DNA of 64,000 nt from TPA_inf: Saccharomyces (GCA_000146045.2 BK006938.2:448001-512000), one strand, 5' to 3'; counted from the first letter of the stretch, positions 43,515-55,497 are shown. Numbers and translations are program-made. Notes: generated by a model not told the origin, from the letters alone.

Positions 43515-44324
43515 ATGTCCACTGAATTAACCGTTCAATCCGAGAGAGCTTTCCAAAAGGTATGAATTTAGCGATAATGTCTCAAGGGATTTAAAGAAAT
43601 TTTACCTAAAGTAACTTTGCTGATATATATCGTCTGAGGAATTGTTTAGAATAGATGAAAACTTAGCAGGTATCCTATTGAATTCTTAGCATGTTTATTG
43701 TTACGACTAATAGAATTTGCCAGTCAAAATTTACAATATTTGCGTTAATTAACTACAAAACCGGCGGTGCCGAAGGCTTGATAAAGGTAGCACATTTTTA
43801 TACTGATTCATTACGTTTACGATAGTTGATTGGGTAAAATTTCTTTTTATTTCACTTATGCGAATAACTTACTAACCTTTGTATCATCCTTTTTTTAGCA
43901 ACCACACATCTTCAACAACCCAAAGGTTAAGACTTCCAAGAGAACCAAGAGATGGTACAAGAATGCCGGTTTGGGATTCAAGACCCCAAAAACCGCTATT
44001 GAAGGTTCCTACATTGACAAGAAATGTCCATTCACTGGTTTAGTTTCCATCCGTGGTAAGATCTTGACCGGTACCGTCGTCTCCACCAAGATGCACCGTA
44101 CCATTGTCATCAGAAGGGCTTACTTGCATTACATTCCAAAGTACAACAGATACGAAAAGAGACACAAGAACGTTCCAGTTCACGTTTCCCCAGCTTTCCG
44201 TGTCCAAGTTGGTGACATCGTTACCGTCGGCCAATGTAGACCAATCTCCAAGACTGTTAGATTCAACGTTGTCAAGGTCTCTGCTGCTGCTGGTAAGGCT
44301 AACAAACAATTTGCTAAATTTTAA
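43515..44324 (+). CDS. RPS11A: 40S ribosomal protein S11 (uS17), 156 aa; spliced: exon1 43515-43559, intron 43560-43898 (339 nt), exon2 43899-44324
   Basis: Exon1 encodes [15 protein letters not shown]. The 5'ss GTATGA sits at 43560, the branchpoint TACTAAC at 43870-43876 and the 3'ss TAG at 43896-43898. Exon2 continues [38 protein letters not shown]... The ORF track shows only the exon-2 fragment. Confidence 0.92.
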
Positions 44325-44555
44325 GCTGGTTATGAATCAGCATAAGACTTACGTAACTGTTTATTTTATAATTATTTGTATAATGTACTAAAAATATAAA
44401 TTCAATAATCTCCACTTCTGCAAGAAGCAAATGTACTATGAAGTGAATATTTCACCTTGTAATGATGGGTGGATTTGCATTCTTCTTTACCTTTAAAAAT
44501 CAGTAAATATGCTTTTATCTATTGGGTCTGTATATGTTTGGGAAAGTAACCCTTC

Positions 44556-46268
44556 TTAATTGATTTGTTCCAACAATGAATCAATTATTTCAGCTGTTGA
44601 CCTTCCTTTAAAGTCATGAATCTTTTCTCTCATCTGCTCGTAACATAATCTCAGTTCAAGACCAGTTCGAGGATATCCGGGCTTGTAGGTAGCTATACTG
44701 TTCCAGTCGATATTTGAATAGGACGTTTTAGGTAGCTGTTTCAATCGTTCTAGCAGCCACTTCCTTTCAGAAACAGGAATGCTCAACATACTTCTGGCTG
44801 CTTCATCTGTTACTAATTTATTCCACTTATAGCGGCACTGTATACGGGATCTAGTTCCGCTCATGCGTTCACTGACGACAGTCCAATTGATCATATCTTT
44901 GAAGGTAGGATTATCGCTAATTCTCTTTCCCTTTGGACCCCTAGAATACATTTGATTGTATCTATCATTTTTGTTGGCAGCCTCCAATGCCTTCATCCTT
45001 TGATATTGGTGTGCCTCTTCAATCATTTCATTTACTACAGTAGTCAACAATTCTTCTTCTTCTTTCGACCATCTTTTAGAACCTCGCTTTGAACCACACT
45101 TCATATAGTTTCTCCAACGGTCCCTACAATCTTCAGGCATTCTGCCTAACAATTTGCCTACTTCGGTCCAATGACCCTCTTTTTCTAAACATAATCTTGC
45201 CAATTCTTGATCTTCCTCTGGCGTCCACTTCCCACGCTGTTCGAAAATATGATATTTTCTTCTTATATGTTTATATATTGAGGACCTTGTTCTATAAGGT
45301 AAAACTTTGCTGATATTTGCCCAAAACCCATCTCTAATGACTCCGTCTGTAGACCAAATTCTCTCGCACATTTGGCGTCTATCCAAGCCTCTTATTTTCA
45401 TGTATTCTTCGATGAATTGGTCCAAAGCATTTTCCTCGCTGGGAGTGAACTTCTTACCGATGGATTTTGTGATAGCACCGTCAATTACTGACGCTTTCAC
45501 AATATCGGATCGCAGTAATGCGGTATCTCCATTGTTTTCTTCTGGTGCCAATATCAAGTCGTCTGATTTCACATCCTTTTCTGGTATCTTTGGAGTGCGC
45601 TTTATGTAGCTGCCGTCATTTGGTATCCCCTCTAAATCGGTATAAATTCTAACCAGCGTGCTGCTATTGTTATTAAAGTTGTTTTCTTTATCATCCTCAT
45701 TAACTTCTAACGATTTACTTGGATGTTTAGCTAGGTATGCCTTTTCAGTATCAACATACTTATCAAAAGCTGTTTCAGCAATGAGATCATCAGGTAAAAA
45801 TGCTGTTGTCGTTATGCCATCGTCCAGTGTAGTCAGCTGCGGATCTAGGACCATTTTTATTTTGGCTTTTCTTTCTTTAGAGCTTTTTCTTTTACGGTGC
45901 TTCTTCCTCTCTGATCTACTATTAGAAGATTTTTTATGACAGCTCCTCTTATCTTTTTCTCTCATTGAGCTGTTGTATGCGGCAGCAACAGCTGCTACAG
46001 CAACAGAATTTGGTTCGATATCATCCACTTTACGTAAATCTTTTGAACCCGATGTTTTCAAATACCAATCCATATCAGTGTCTTCATCTTCATGAGACAT
46101 TTTTGAACCATGCTTTCTCTTCTTCTGTTTCTTCAATTTCTTCTTTGTCTTTTTAATATGATTCTTCAAGTCGACTCCCACATACCTTAGCACTGCTTCT
46201 TCTACAGATTCTTTTGGGTCATTATTGTTCTGAAAATTTGTGCTCTTAAGGTTTGACACGCTGTCCAT
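44556..46268 (-). CDS. NSI1: Myb-like DNA-binding protein, Reb1 paralog acting at the rDNA terminator, 570 aa
   Basis: Basic KR-rich N-terminus and tandem Myb/SANT-like repeats with conserved W spacing (WTPEEDQEL...W, WSKEEEELL). Position matches YDR026C. Confidence 0.85.
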   Translation of the reverse strand: MDSVSNLKSTNFQNNNDPKESVEEAVLRYVGVDLKNHIKKTKKKLKKQKKRKHGSKMSHEDEDTDMDWYLKTSGSKDLRKVDDIEPNSVAVAAVAAAYNSSMREKDKRSCHKKSSNSRSERKKHRKRKSSKERKAKIKMVLDPQLTTLDDGITTTAFLPDDLIAETAFDKYVDTEKAYLAKHPSKSLEVNEDDKENNFNNNSSTLVRIYTDLEGIPNDGSYIKRTPKIPEKDVKSDDLILAPEENNGDTALLRSDIVKASVIDGAITKSIGKKFTPSEENALDQFIEEYMKIRGLDRRQMCERIWSTDGVIRDGFWANISKVLPYRTRSSIYKHIRRKYHIFEQRGKWTPEEDQELARLCLEKEGHWTEVGKLLGRMPEDCRDRWRNYMKCGSKRGSKRWSKEEEELLTTVVNEMIEEAHQYQRMKALEAANKNDRYNQMYSRGPKGKRISDNPTFKDMINWTVVSERMSGTRSRIQCRYKWNKLVTDEAARSMLSIPVSERKWLLERLKQLPKTSYSNIDWNSIATYKPGYPRTGLELRLCYEQMREKIHDFKGRSTAEIIDSLLEQIN

Positions 46269-46648
46269 TCTACCTTTATCTTTCTTCTTGACGCAGACAA
46301 GAAACGGCTGCTTGCTCTATGCACAAAATTTGTTCAGCGCCAACTGTGTCGTGAACGATGCTATGTTGGAAATTACAGGAGATGAGTTGTAAAGCAACTG
46401 ACGAGATACTTGAAGTACATTTTCATAGCTGCTGGAAAAAGTCCTTTCCTATCGCATTTGGAAAGCTCTGACCTCGCTCGATCTTCATTGTTTGATCATT
46501 TCTTCACCGCTCATGTTTGGAAAAATAATACGTAGATAATGTTCTAAAAAAAAAGCGGAATTTCTTAGAGAATATAACATCGATGATTCATTAGTTTAAA
46601 AAGTAAATAATGGTACATAGCTTGAAATCTAATTTTTCTTTATCATGT

Positions 46649-49318
46649 TTATACAGGCGGAGGTGGGGCATTGGCCATGTATATTTTATTCGATGAGGCC
46701 TGGAATTGCCCCAACAGGGTTGTATAATGACTCGCATCGAATGGCTCAAAATCCCTGTTAGAGTTGGAAAGCCTTTGATAAAATCTCTGAACAATAATCA
46801 CAAATTCTGCGAGACAGTCCAATGACTCTCCCATGATAGATAAGTTTCTACCCGTTTTTAAAAGTGAGTTTCCAGGTTGTGTGACAGATGCCATGGCGCT
46901 ACTGTTGTAGTATTGTAGTGCGTCATAGCACAACTTCTCGAAATTTGATAAGTATATCGAGGGAAGGTTTATGGAAAGAACCATTAGCTCCTTAATAACC
47001 TCAATGGTAGCGAGCAGAGAACTACTGGCCACAAAAGTTTTATCGCCAACAACAACCGATTTCCTATGACCTTGATATGTTTCATTTCCTTCATCTTTTT
47101 CCTTGTCCTCGCTTCTGCCATTTTCGCAATCATGAGAACCCCCTACCATGTCTAAAATAGTTGTCCAACTCAATGGGTCTATGTCTATACTTGACACAAT
47201 GTCGTTAACATCGCTCTGAATAGAGGAGTCCACAATATATGGAATCCATTCTTCAGCATCAATCTTTTTCTTTATGTTGCGGTAATTTTTTGAACTTTGT
47301 GCGTTTGCATAATGCTTGATCTGAGATGCTAAAACATTACTTAAATATTTCGTTAAAAATTCACCACTTAATACTTCACATTCTTGAATAAAAATAACGC
47401 ATATAGCATAAAATTTCAAGAAATAATCATACCGTAGAGATAAGTTCAATTCTCTTCTTACGGCAATGATCTTGCCTGTACGTAACTGAATAATTCTGAT
47501 TATTTCGTTGATGCCAGTACGTATATCCAATTGCGTAATCATGTTGTGCTGGTTTTCGTTTGGACTTTTAACAGATGCTAGCTCGTTAAGAGAGATATCT
47601 AGAAGCAACTTTTGATGCCCATAAAGTCTTCGAAGAGCTTCGAGCGCGTGCGTGAATATGTTTACTAGCATGGACTGAAATTCTGCAGGAGTTTGCTCCT
47701 TTATTAATCTTGAAAGTTTAGACCCACTAGTAGAGCCATTGTTAAGATGTTTTTCATCGTGGTTATTGTCAGCGTGTGCATTCTCTGTTGGCAAATAAAT
47801 TTTTATGATAGATTTAAGCTCAGTGATAGATTTTTCCCTGTATAGGTCAAAGGCACTCGTTAATTCTTCGCATCTATTCAATCTGACTATTAATTCGGTT
47901 ATCTTTGAAGAAAAATTATCAGTAAATATAGTTTGCTTTTTATCATTAGATCCCGTTTGTATCCTATGTAGTGTTTCCTTTGGTTTGATTGATTTGCAAA
48001 AGGATCTTAAATCATCTATTAGTAAAATCGATAATTGTAGGCTGAACTTTCCTCCTATTTCAATCTTCATATTGGTTAAAAACTCTCTCGTTGCTGACAA
48101 AGCAGGTATCGTCCTCAAATTGCTTAATTTATAGGGCCAACACCTAGTCCAACTCTGAACATCTTCGTTTATTGAATCATCCCCCTTAATCAGATAATCG
48201 ATGGATTTTATCAGCTCTAAGCAGTTATCCAACTTGTTCTCCTCATACATTGACTTACACTCATCTGTTTTGTTCAGCACTAACTTCGCCTGTAATAATC
48301 CCTGTTCTAGTTTCTCTACATTCTTCCTCTTAAAAATCATTTCTAAATGTGAAATTTTTTTTCTTATATTCTCTGCGTCAATGGTCTTGATATTCTGTGC
48401 TAGCTCCTTAAGCTCGCTCATTGTGTCCAAGGCTCTTTTCTGAATATTGTCAACTTCACTTAGCGCATGAAAAAATTTGTGTGAGGATTTGGATATCTCT
48501 GTAACCAGTAATGTTTCTACGATATCCAAAAAATCGTTTAGCCTGTCCCTCAACTCAGAAAAAGCCTCATCCCTTTCCGCTTGTCTCTTCATGTCTAGTT
48601 TCGTTAAAAATAAATCGATAGCGTCCAACACTTTATGAAAAGTTCGAGGGTTATCTAATTGAAATTTGTCTGAAAAGTAAAAGTCAGGTATACTATTTAT
48701 TAGCTCGGCATCCCCTTGCCTCAGATTTGCTTCAAACGACTCCTCATGCATATTTTCCCCTTCTCGCAGTTCTTTTAACTGTTCCATCTGATTCATGTTT
48801 CTTATATTATTTGTGCTTTGAAATATTTGGTAATCACTTTTAATGTTTTTGACGTATTCGATAACATGAGTTTTCCAATGGTCATCCAGATCATTTTTGC
48901 TTAGGCTAACTTGTGGAATATCAGCAACAGTGGGGTAATTGAGCCAGTTTTTCCTCCTTGTGTTCATCACAATTTCATAGATGGAGTTATTTCCCAATGG
49001 CGAAAAGTCCATGGACCCACTATGTGTTTCATTTTCAAAACCGAATGATCTACTATTTGCAACAGATAGTGTCCTAGAATCAAAACTTCTTCGCGGCGTT
49101 ATTGAATCCAGACTTAATCTCGAAGATCTTCTCGCTCTTGGTGTGACACTGCCAGATATACTTAACAAGTCGTCATTAAGGGAAGTATCACCCTCTATAG
49201 TAAAAGAGCCACTATCACTATTACGAGAAGGCGATCCCTCAGGAACAACAATTTTAGGACGACCAGCCGCTTTTTGCAGTCCCTGGCTTTTATTATGAGG
49301 TGTTTCGCTTATTGACAT
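46649..49318 (-). CDS. VPS54: GARP complex subunit Vps54, 889 aa
   Basis: Full 889-aa ORF, coiled-coil N-terminal region. Position matches YDR027C. Confidence 0.88.
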   Translation of the reverse strand: MSISETPHNKSQGLQKAAGRPKIVVPEGSPSRNSDSGSFTIEGDTSLNDDLLSISGSVTPRARRSSRLSLDSITPRRSFDSRTLSVANSRSFGFENETHSGSMDFSPLGNNSIYEIVMNTRRKNWLNYPTVADIPQVSLSKNDLDDHWKTHVIEYVKNIKSDYQIFQSTNNIRNMNQMEQLKELREGENMHEESFEANLRQGDAELINSIPDFYFSDKFQLDNPRTFHKVLDAIDLFLTKLDMKRQAERDEAFSELRDRLNDFLDIVETLLVTEISKSSHKFFHALSEVDNIQKRALDTMSELKELAQNIKTIDAENIRKKISHLEMIFKRKNVEKLEQGLLQAKLVLNKTDECKSMYEENKLDNCLELIKSIDYLIKGDDSINEDVQSWTRCWPYKLSNLRTIPALSATREFLTNMKIEIGGKFSLQLSILLIDDLRSFCKSIKPKETLHRIQTGSNDKKQTIFTDNFSSKITELIVRLNRCEELTSAFDLYREKSITELKSIIKIYLPTENAHADNNHDEKHLNNGSTSGSKLSRLIKEQTPAEFQSMLVNIFTHALEALRRLYGHQKLLLDISLNELASVKSPNENQHNMITQLDIRTGINEIIRIIQLRTGKIIAVRRELNLSLRYDYFLKFYAICVIFIQECEVLSGEFLTKYLSNVLASQIKHYANAQSSKNYRNIKKKIDAEEWIPYIVDSSIQSDVNDIVSSIDIDPLSWTTILDMVGGSHDCENGRSEDKEKDEGNETYQGHRKSVVVGDKTFVASSSLLATIEVIKELMVLSINLPSIYLSNFEKLCYDALQYYNSSAMASVTQPGNSLLKTGRNLSIMGESLDCLAEFVIIVQRFYQRLSNSNRDFEPFDASHYTTLLGQFQASSNKIYMANAPPPPV

Positions 49319-49834
49319 TGGCCAGATACCTCACCAAACCTTTAAATTGTTTTAATACTGCTTTAGGATATCAATACTGCCAATTACTGTAAGCTCTGCC
49401 TAAAACAAAGTTGTGCCTAAAACAAGCCGTGTCGTAGTTTGTTTTGTTTACTTTCTAGACTGTTGTGTGGTGTCTTCTTTATAAAGGAAAAACCCTTTAA
49501 AGATCGAAGAAAACATTGATTGTACTCTATCTGAAAATCATTACCCACGAACATATCTTAGATCAGCTGCGTTTAATTGCTAATATATAGAACACACATA
49601 CGACTATGGAAGCTCAAGAAGTTCTTGTACATAAGTACCAAATATTGTAAAGGTATAAAGAAGTTTTGAAATCTGGAGCGAATTTAATTGTGTACGTAAA
49701 ATAACTGCTTCGCTGTCTACATTTGTCCTTGACAATGCCAGTCGATTACAGCTTACTTGGATCCTAAAGACGGCACTGATCCACACTACCTGGATTTTTA
49801 TTTTCTCTTCATGTTGACTTCAAAATTCTTTCTT

Positions 49835-52800
49835 CTAACTGCTGTCATTTCCATTTTCTTGTGGCTTGACGTCACTCTTTTTCCAAGAGTGCAAGTACTT
49901 GCTTGCCATACCTCTTGCATTCTGCACCACTTTGTGTAAGCTTTCATTACTCGAATCCGTCAAAGACGCTTCTTTTCTAGTGGTTTGCACGCTATCAACT
50001 TTCTTGTCCTTTAGCTTACTAGCATTATTTATATGGCAGTTTTCAAATCCTTTTGCCAAAGTGTCCATTTCTGAGTGATCTTGATGGTCCATCATATTTC
50101 CCCCGGAAACAACAGACTTGATAGATTCATTTCTAGGAGAGAAATAACCCTCTATGGCAACATCACTCGCCCCCACTTCGGCTGGTGAAGGAGTATTATT
50201 TACAATTCTAAAGCTTTGTGAACTATCGGACGCTTTTGGCTGCTTTGGAAGGGCTTTTTTCTTCTGAGATGATATGTTTGCTGGTGTCACACTGCCTTTC
50301 AATACGCTTCGATTAACCAGCTGACTGTTAGCGGGTAATGGTCTTTGTTCCTCCTCGCTGCTACTCTCTTCTTCACTATCTGAATTGAATATGAAGTTCC
50401 CTGAAGAGGAATTGCGCTTCAACGGATACGGCCTGACAGCCAGTTGTGCATCTTTGTCTACATCAGTTTTACCCCCTGTAAAATTAGTAGGATTTTTTTG
50501 TTGAGGAGTTGCCGAAGAGAGTGATGGTTGTGCTAGATCGTACAAAGAATTGGTAGATCCTGATTTCCCAAGTGACAATGTTCTCCTCAGTGAAAGTCCT
50601 TCATCGTGGTTATCGTCTACTTCTTGGTCATCGTCATCTTCTTCCTCTTCGTCGTCGCTACTATTGTATTGTGAGTCTTCAATAAATTGCTGTTCGCTAT
50701 CTGATGAAGAGCTGTAATTGTCGTCGTCATATAATAACATATGCGATCCATGTTGACGTGTTGTATTATTTGCTGAAGCTTTGTGTAGTTGTGGAACATG
50801 TTTTTCCTTGGATTCTACCGCATTGTTAAATTCATAGTTTGATGCATTATCATCTGCAATGGCTGTTTGTAAGTCCATTCCTTCAGGAACATCTACAATG
50901 TCACATGAATCTACTGGTAAAAAACTGGAAGTATCACCAGTGTAGACCGAGTTATAATCGTATATGTAATCATAGCCTCTGGAGGTATTGACGTTATGTG
51001 ACACAGCATTACCATACCCATTAAATTCGCCATTATCAGATTCTTCGTCTGATCCATAATTCAAAGTGGTATCAGGAAGCAACTTTATTATGGGACGTAC
51101 ATGAGCTCTGGAAGTAGTAGATGAAGCCACAGAGGAATTATCTGTTATTGGTGAATGAACTCCAGAGTCAGACCTCCTGGAAAATCTTGCATTTATGTAA
51201 AGGCCGCCGTGTTCTTCATCATCAGAATGTGATGAAGATGATGATTGTGAGGATGTATCATCGTCGCTAGTATTTTTGTTCAAATGTTCAGTTGCGGAGT
51301 TGATAGGAATAGATTTATGCTGAATGGCTAGCAATGGAGTCCTATTGTTGTTTATTGTTGTAACGTTCGCATTGTTATTAACATCAACATATTGTTTATT
51401 TTCATCATCGCTTTCATCATCCTCCGATTGTGAAGCTGGATATCGTAGTGCCATACATTGTTCCACCCTGTCATTAAAATGTATATGTCTATTTTTAGTA
51501 GGTTTGTTAGATTTTTCACTTGGGTTTGAGGTTAATATTGATGATAATCCCATGGAATTGTTTTCATTATCTCTATTGGAGGAAGATGTTGAGGAGGGGA
51601 ACCTATTATTATCAGGAGAATTTAGGTTTTGATCCAAGTTAGCCTTACGATCATTGGTACTATTTTCTAGTATGCTTTTGTTTGATTGTGCCGTTGACCT
51701 ATTGTTTTGAACATGAAGCGCTGACTTTAAATGCAGGTCTTCTTCTCCCTTGTCACCGCCACCATTTGAATTTTCTCCTACAGGATTCGGTATGGTAGAA
51801 TTATCTTTTTTGTCAGAGTGTTGACTCTTCAAACTAACGCTACTGTTCGATTCTTTGGGATAATGGTAGTACTGGGCGTTAACTTGAGCGGCCAGAGCAT
51901 CGAAATCGTCATGGACGTTTTTGTTGCCATTGGGATCCATTATTACCGAAGCATGTTTCATTTCTGTCATGTGTTTTCTTGCCTCATTCAGTTTCCATAA
52001 AGCGTTGTCCTCTATAATTTCTGTGACGGTTCTCTTCTTCAAAATTGGTTTCGGAGCAGCTGCGATCGACTTTGAATTTTTAGTGGGCATTGAAATTCTC
52101 TTGGAATTTTCATCATCCGAACCATATCCTCTTTCTAGATCATGTTCTTCTTCACTTTGGGCATTACCTTCAGAATCTCTTACAATAGGGCCATATAGCC
52201 AAGTCACATCAGAATCTTTTGACCAATTAACCACTTCAGGTGACACTGTTTTCAAGTTGTTTCTTGCTTTTGCCCATGTTCTCCATGAGGCATTTTCTAA
52301 CCTAGCAGCATTTACTAGATCAACATCTCTTTTCTTTTTCTTTAGGATGATATATTTCCAAGAATTAGAAATTTCTGATTCTTTCCATTCATGTGACAGA
52401 TAGTCAACATGTCTTTCTGGCTCTACCACTACGTCATTATCATCTTGTGGAATTAAGTAGCTATCATTATCCGCCGGCGGTGGAGAAACGGAGGTTGAGT
52501 GTTCCTGATAGCCGTCATCATAATCATCATCTGAAGAATTGCTTGAAGAATTATTAGATGAGTTGTCATAATATTCATTGTCGTTATCATATAAGTCGTC
52601 TGACCTTCCTAGCAATTTCTTGGTAGGGTCAATATATTCATCAAGAAGGCCCATTGATCTTGTTCTTTTAAGGTTGAAAGTTGATTTATGGAAATCATCA
52701 TCATTTTTCGCTTGAACAGCCATCGATACTGAAGGCCCCATATCTTCGTCGTTGTCGTTATCGTTACCACTAATTTTGACATCACTTTTGCTATTACTTT

Positions 52801-52879
52801 CATGGCTCGCATTTCTATTTACATGCTCGTTTTCAATATCTTTCTTACCGGCGAAGTAATTTGCTAGATTTGTTGACAT
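49835..52879 (-). CDS. REG1: Glc7 (PP1) regulatory subunit for glucose repression, 1014 aa
   Basis: PP1-docking RVxF-type motif RHIHF. Long Ser/Asn/Asp-rich low-complexity protein with an acidic run DDEEEEDDDDQEVDD. Confidence 0.92.
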   Translation of the reverse strand: MSTNLANYFAGKKDIENEHVNRNASHESNSKSDVKISGNDNDNDEDMGPSVSMAVQAKNDDDFHKSTFNLKRTRSMGLLDEYIDPTKKLLGRSDDLYDNDNEYYDNSSNNSSSNSSDDDYDDGYQEHSTSVSPPPADNDSYLIPQDDNDVVVEPERHVDYLSHEWKESEISNSWKYIILKKKKRDVDLVNAARLENASWRTWAKARNNLKTVSPEVVNWSKDSDVTWLYGPIVRDSEGNAQSEEEHDLERGYGSDDENSKRISMPTKNSKSIAAAPKPILKKRTVTEIIEDNALWKLNEARKHMTEMKHASVIMDPNGNKNVHDDFDALAAQVNAQYYHYPKESNSSVSLKSQHSDKKDNSTIPNPVGENSNGGGDKGEEDLHLKSALHVQNNRSTAQSNKSILENSTNDRKANLDQNLNSPDNNRFPSSTSSSNRDNENNSMGLSSILTSNPSEKSNKPTKNRHIHFNDRVEQCMALRYPASQSEDDESDDENKQYVDVNNNANVTTINNNRTPLLAIQHKSIPINSATEHLNKNTSDDDTSSQSSSSSHSDDEEHGGLYINARFSRRSDSGVHSPITDNSSVASSTTSRAHVRPIIKLLPDTTLNYGSDEESDNGEFNGYGNAVSHNVNTSRGYDYIYDYNSVYTGDTSSFLPVDSCDIVDVPEGMDLQTAIADDNASNYEFNNAVESKEKHVPQLHKASANNTTRQHGSHMLLYDDDNYSSSSDSEQQFIEDSQYNSSDDEEEEDDDDQEVDDNHDEGLSLRRTLSLGKSGSTNSLYDLAQPSLSSATPQQKNPTNFTGGKTDVDKDAQLAVRPYPLKRNSSSGNFIFNSDSEEESSSEEEQRPLPANSQLVNRSVLKGSVTPANISSQKKKALPKQPKASDSSQSFRIVNNTPSPAEVGASDVAIEGYFSPRNESIKSVVSGGNMMDHQDHSEMDTLAKGFENCHINNASKLKDKKVDSVQTTRKEASLTDSSNESLHKVVQNARGMASKYLHSWKKSDVKPQENGNDSS

Positions 52880-53674
52880 TTTTGGATTTTTCTTATCTCG
52901 TCTTCGTCAATATGCTTGCTTTAGGATTTATAATCTTCAAGGATATTATCTTTTCCCCCTTGCTTTGACTTTTCAACGTTCGTACAGAACACCAGGTGTG
53001 TGGTTATACGTATAACAGCCAAAAGCTAGCCCTCGTAAAACTAGTATACCAATTAGTTCTCTTTCAGGAGGTGGTGTTAAAAAAATAAGAGAGATAAAGA
53101 TGAGCAAATATTATATCTTGATAGAGCTGATGAACGATAAAAAGAATACTAACTCTAGTTGTGATATTTTCTCTTTCTATTTAAATTTCAGCGATAACCC
53201 TTTCTCAAGCTTTCGTTTGAAATCGCGTCTCCTATATGGTATATTCTCCTGTTTTCTCCTTTTTTATTCCTTAAAAGACCTGATAGGGGTATTCAAACAA
53301 AAGTATTTATATTTGTCTATTCTTCTTTTATGGCTTCTTGTTCTCCTGTTCTGTCTTGCAAAAGGCTTGTCACACAATCTCAGGGCTGATTCCTTCCTTC
53401 AATATCCACTGTGAGTTTAAATGCAAACAAAAATAGAGTGAATAAAAAAAGCTTTCGGCCCGGAATTGGTTAACCCGACTTACCAATATTATGTCAGAAA
53501 AGAGGCTACAGCTGAAACTAAGGTGAGGTGGTAAGAAATGCTCTCTATTGAAAAGTATGCATGAAGTGGAGGATAAGAGGTGAAGCGGCTTGGTAAAATA
53601 TACCTGCCAAGTCTGAGATGAAAGCATTTGTATATAGCTATTAGTTGTATATTCGTGTGTAGCGATATACGTTT

Positions 53675-53682
53675 CCGGGTAA
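53675..53682. promoter_or_regulatory. Reb1 consensus site CCGGGTAA in the RAD28 3' flank and far upstream of REG1
   Basis: Same extended 14-mer GTTTCCGGGTAATA as at 5913-5926. Confidence 0.45.
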
Positions 53683-53752
53683 TACAAACCTACATTGGTT
53701 CAATTATAAGAGCCGCGAAGACTATTATCATATTCTATACGGCATTTATTAC

Positions 53753-55273
53753 TTATGAACATTCAAAGATGGATCCGCCGTCGCTAACGGTGTTGTTGTT
53801 AGTTCCAAAGAACAATTTGAGGCCAACTGAATTCATTATATTTGTTTGCACAATCATGGAACTAAACTGACAATGCGAAGCCTGATTTTTTTTTACCTGA
53901 TTAACCATTGGGTATTCGAGCTTGTTCCAAAGTTTTTTTTCCTCCGTATTGTATATTTCTACTTCACCATTGTCAGTAATACACAGTAAAAACTTGTCAA
54001 ACCAAAGCAACCTTCGAGATACTCTTTTTTTGTATTTGATACGGCTCAGGTCTTGTGTTCCCAACTGGGAATAACTAGCTAGACCTTCTGGTTGCAGAAT
54101 TTCCGTAAATGGCCTCCAAACATTCAGTTTTCCATCCATGCCGACTGAACATAGCTCTGAACCCTCACTATTCCAAACAATGTCACTGCAACATCTCAGA
54201 TGGGCTTTTGATTGGTTAGAGCTGAAATAGACATCGCTTTGATCGTCATTATCATCGTTATTTATAGTCTTGAACCTATTTTTATTTCTTTTCAATTCTG
54301 AATACAGTCTGTTCCTCATTCTTAGATCCCATAATTTTACCCCACCCTCCATGTCACCACAAGCAATAATCTGTTCCCTGACGGGGTTAAATTTGCAGCA
54401 TAAAATTTCTGATTGCATTCGTGTTTGATTTCCCATTCCAAGCGCAGTTACCCCTGAATTCATGGTTCTCAGGTCAATTAATCTTGGATAGTAGTCTTCA
54501 CTTGCCACTACAAGCAAAGAACTGTCGTCGACAACGTTATTATCAATTTGATTTATTTTATACCCCAGGTTTATATCTTGAACCGCTTCAAACCTGTTTG
54601 TGTCCCATATTTTTACAGTTTTATCATTTGAGCCAGTAAAAAACATCCCATTATCAGCCTTATACCACTTCAAAGTTGTTATACCATATTTATGGTGAGA
54701 TATGGAAGCTTCTGAATCTGTTTCAGATAGTGTCTCACTAAACCCGATAGGAGAATCCGTTTTATTTGATATGTGTGATCTTTGAACTGGAACTGCAGCA
54801 CTAGACTGTCTATACATTCGATATTTGTTTCTCTGTGTTTGAAAACTGTGCACCAGTCTCATAGTGTTGTTGTCGTTTATTCGTGTTCTTTTATTTTTAT
54901 AACCCATTATTTGAGCAGGCTCATCATCTGATTGGTGAGGCTGTCGCTTGATATAGTTTAGCCTTTTATTGATCAATTCCTGTTCACCTTCATCATTGCG
55001 GTGCAATGATTCATCTAAACCCCAAATGGAAAGTGACCCATCATCTCCACCTCCTAATAACACTTGACCAGTATCATCAATATCAAGACAGTTAACACCT
55101 ATACTTAACGGTGTTTTTTCTTTTGTACTATAGTTTGATTGTTTACTAAATCTGTAGTTTTTCATATTTGATAGGGGATCTTCAAGGATCCTCTCAAATT
55201 CGCTTTGAATAGTTCTTCTATAAAATTCATTTAATGAGATATTGCCTACTCTGAACTCTAAAAATGGATCCAT
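53753..55273 (-). CDS. RAD28: WD40-repeat protein, CSA (ERCC8) homolog, 506 aa
   Basis: Multiple WD repeats, including GS-LCSVGMDGKLNVW and SNDKTVKIWD. Size and position match YDR030C. Confidence 0.88.
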   Translation of the reverse strand: MDPFLEFRVGNISLNEFYRRTIQSEFERILEDPLSNMKNYRFSKQSNYSTKEKTPLSIGVNCLDIDDTGQVLLGGGDDGSLSIWGLDESLHRNDEGEQELINKRLNYIKRQPHQSDDEPAQIMGYKNKRTRINDNNTMRLVHSFQTQRNKYRMYRQSSAAVPVQRSHISNKTDSPIGFSETLSETDSEASISHHKYGITTLKWYKADNGMFFTGSNDKTVKIWDTNRFEAVQDINLGYKINQIDNNVVDDSSLLVVASEDYYPRLIDLRTMNSGVTALGMGNQTRMQSEILCCKFNPVREQIIACGDMEGGVKLWDLRMRNRLYSELKRNKNRFKTINNDDNDDQSDVYFSSNQSKAHLRCCSDIVWNSEGSELCSVGMDGKLNVWRPFTEILQPEGLASYSQLGTQDLSRIKYKKRVSRRLLWFDKFLLCITDNGEVEIYNTEEKKLWNKLEYPMVNQVKKNQASHCQFSSMIVQTNIMNSVGLKLFFGTNNNTVSDGGSIFECS

Positions 55274-55497
55274 TGACCTGTACTTACGTCCCAGAACGAG
55301 AAAGAGATAAAATTTTATGTTGTCTGTGGTCTAATGGGAGATGAGATAGCGATGCTTTTAGCTGCACATCCGAGTTCGGAGTTTTTTTTTTTTCCTACGC
55401 TTAAGAAACTATTCAAAGTAAACTTGCAGGTCCCTCCCTAATATAAAGACATGTTCCTGTAAGCACCGAGCTAATAAGTTAAAGATAGGTGAAGAAG

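Noticed and set aside
53100-53414. 104-codon plus ORF between REG1 and RAD28 (YDR029W-like)
   Set aside because: Hydrophobic low-complexity translation of AT-rich intergenic DNA, with no support.
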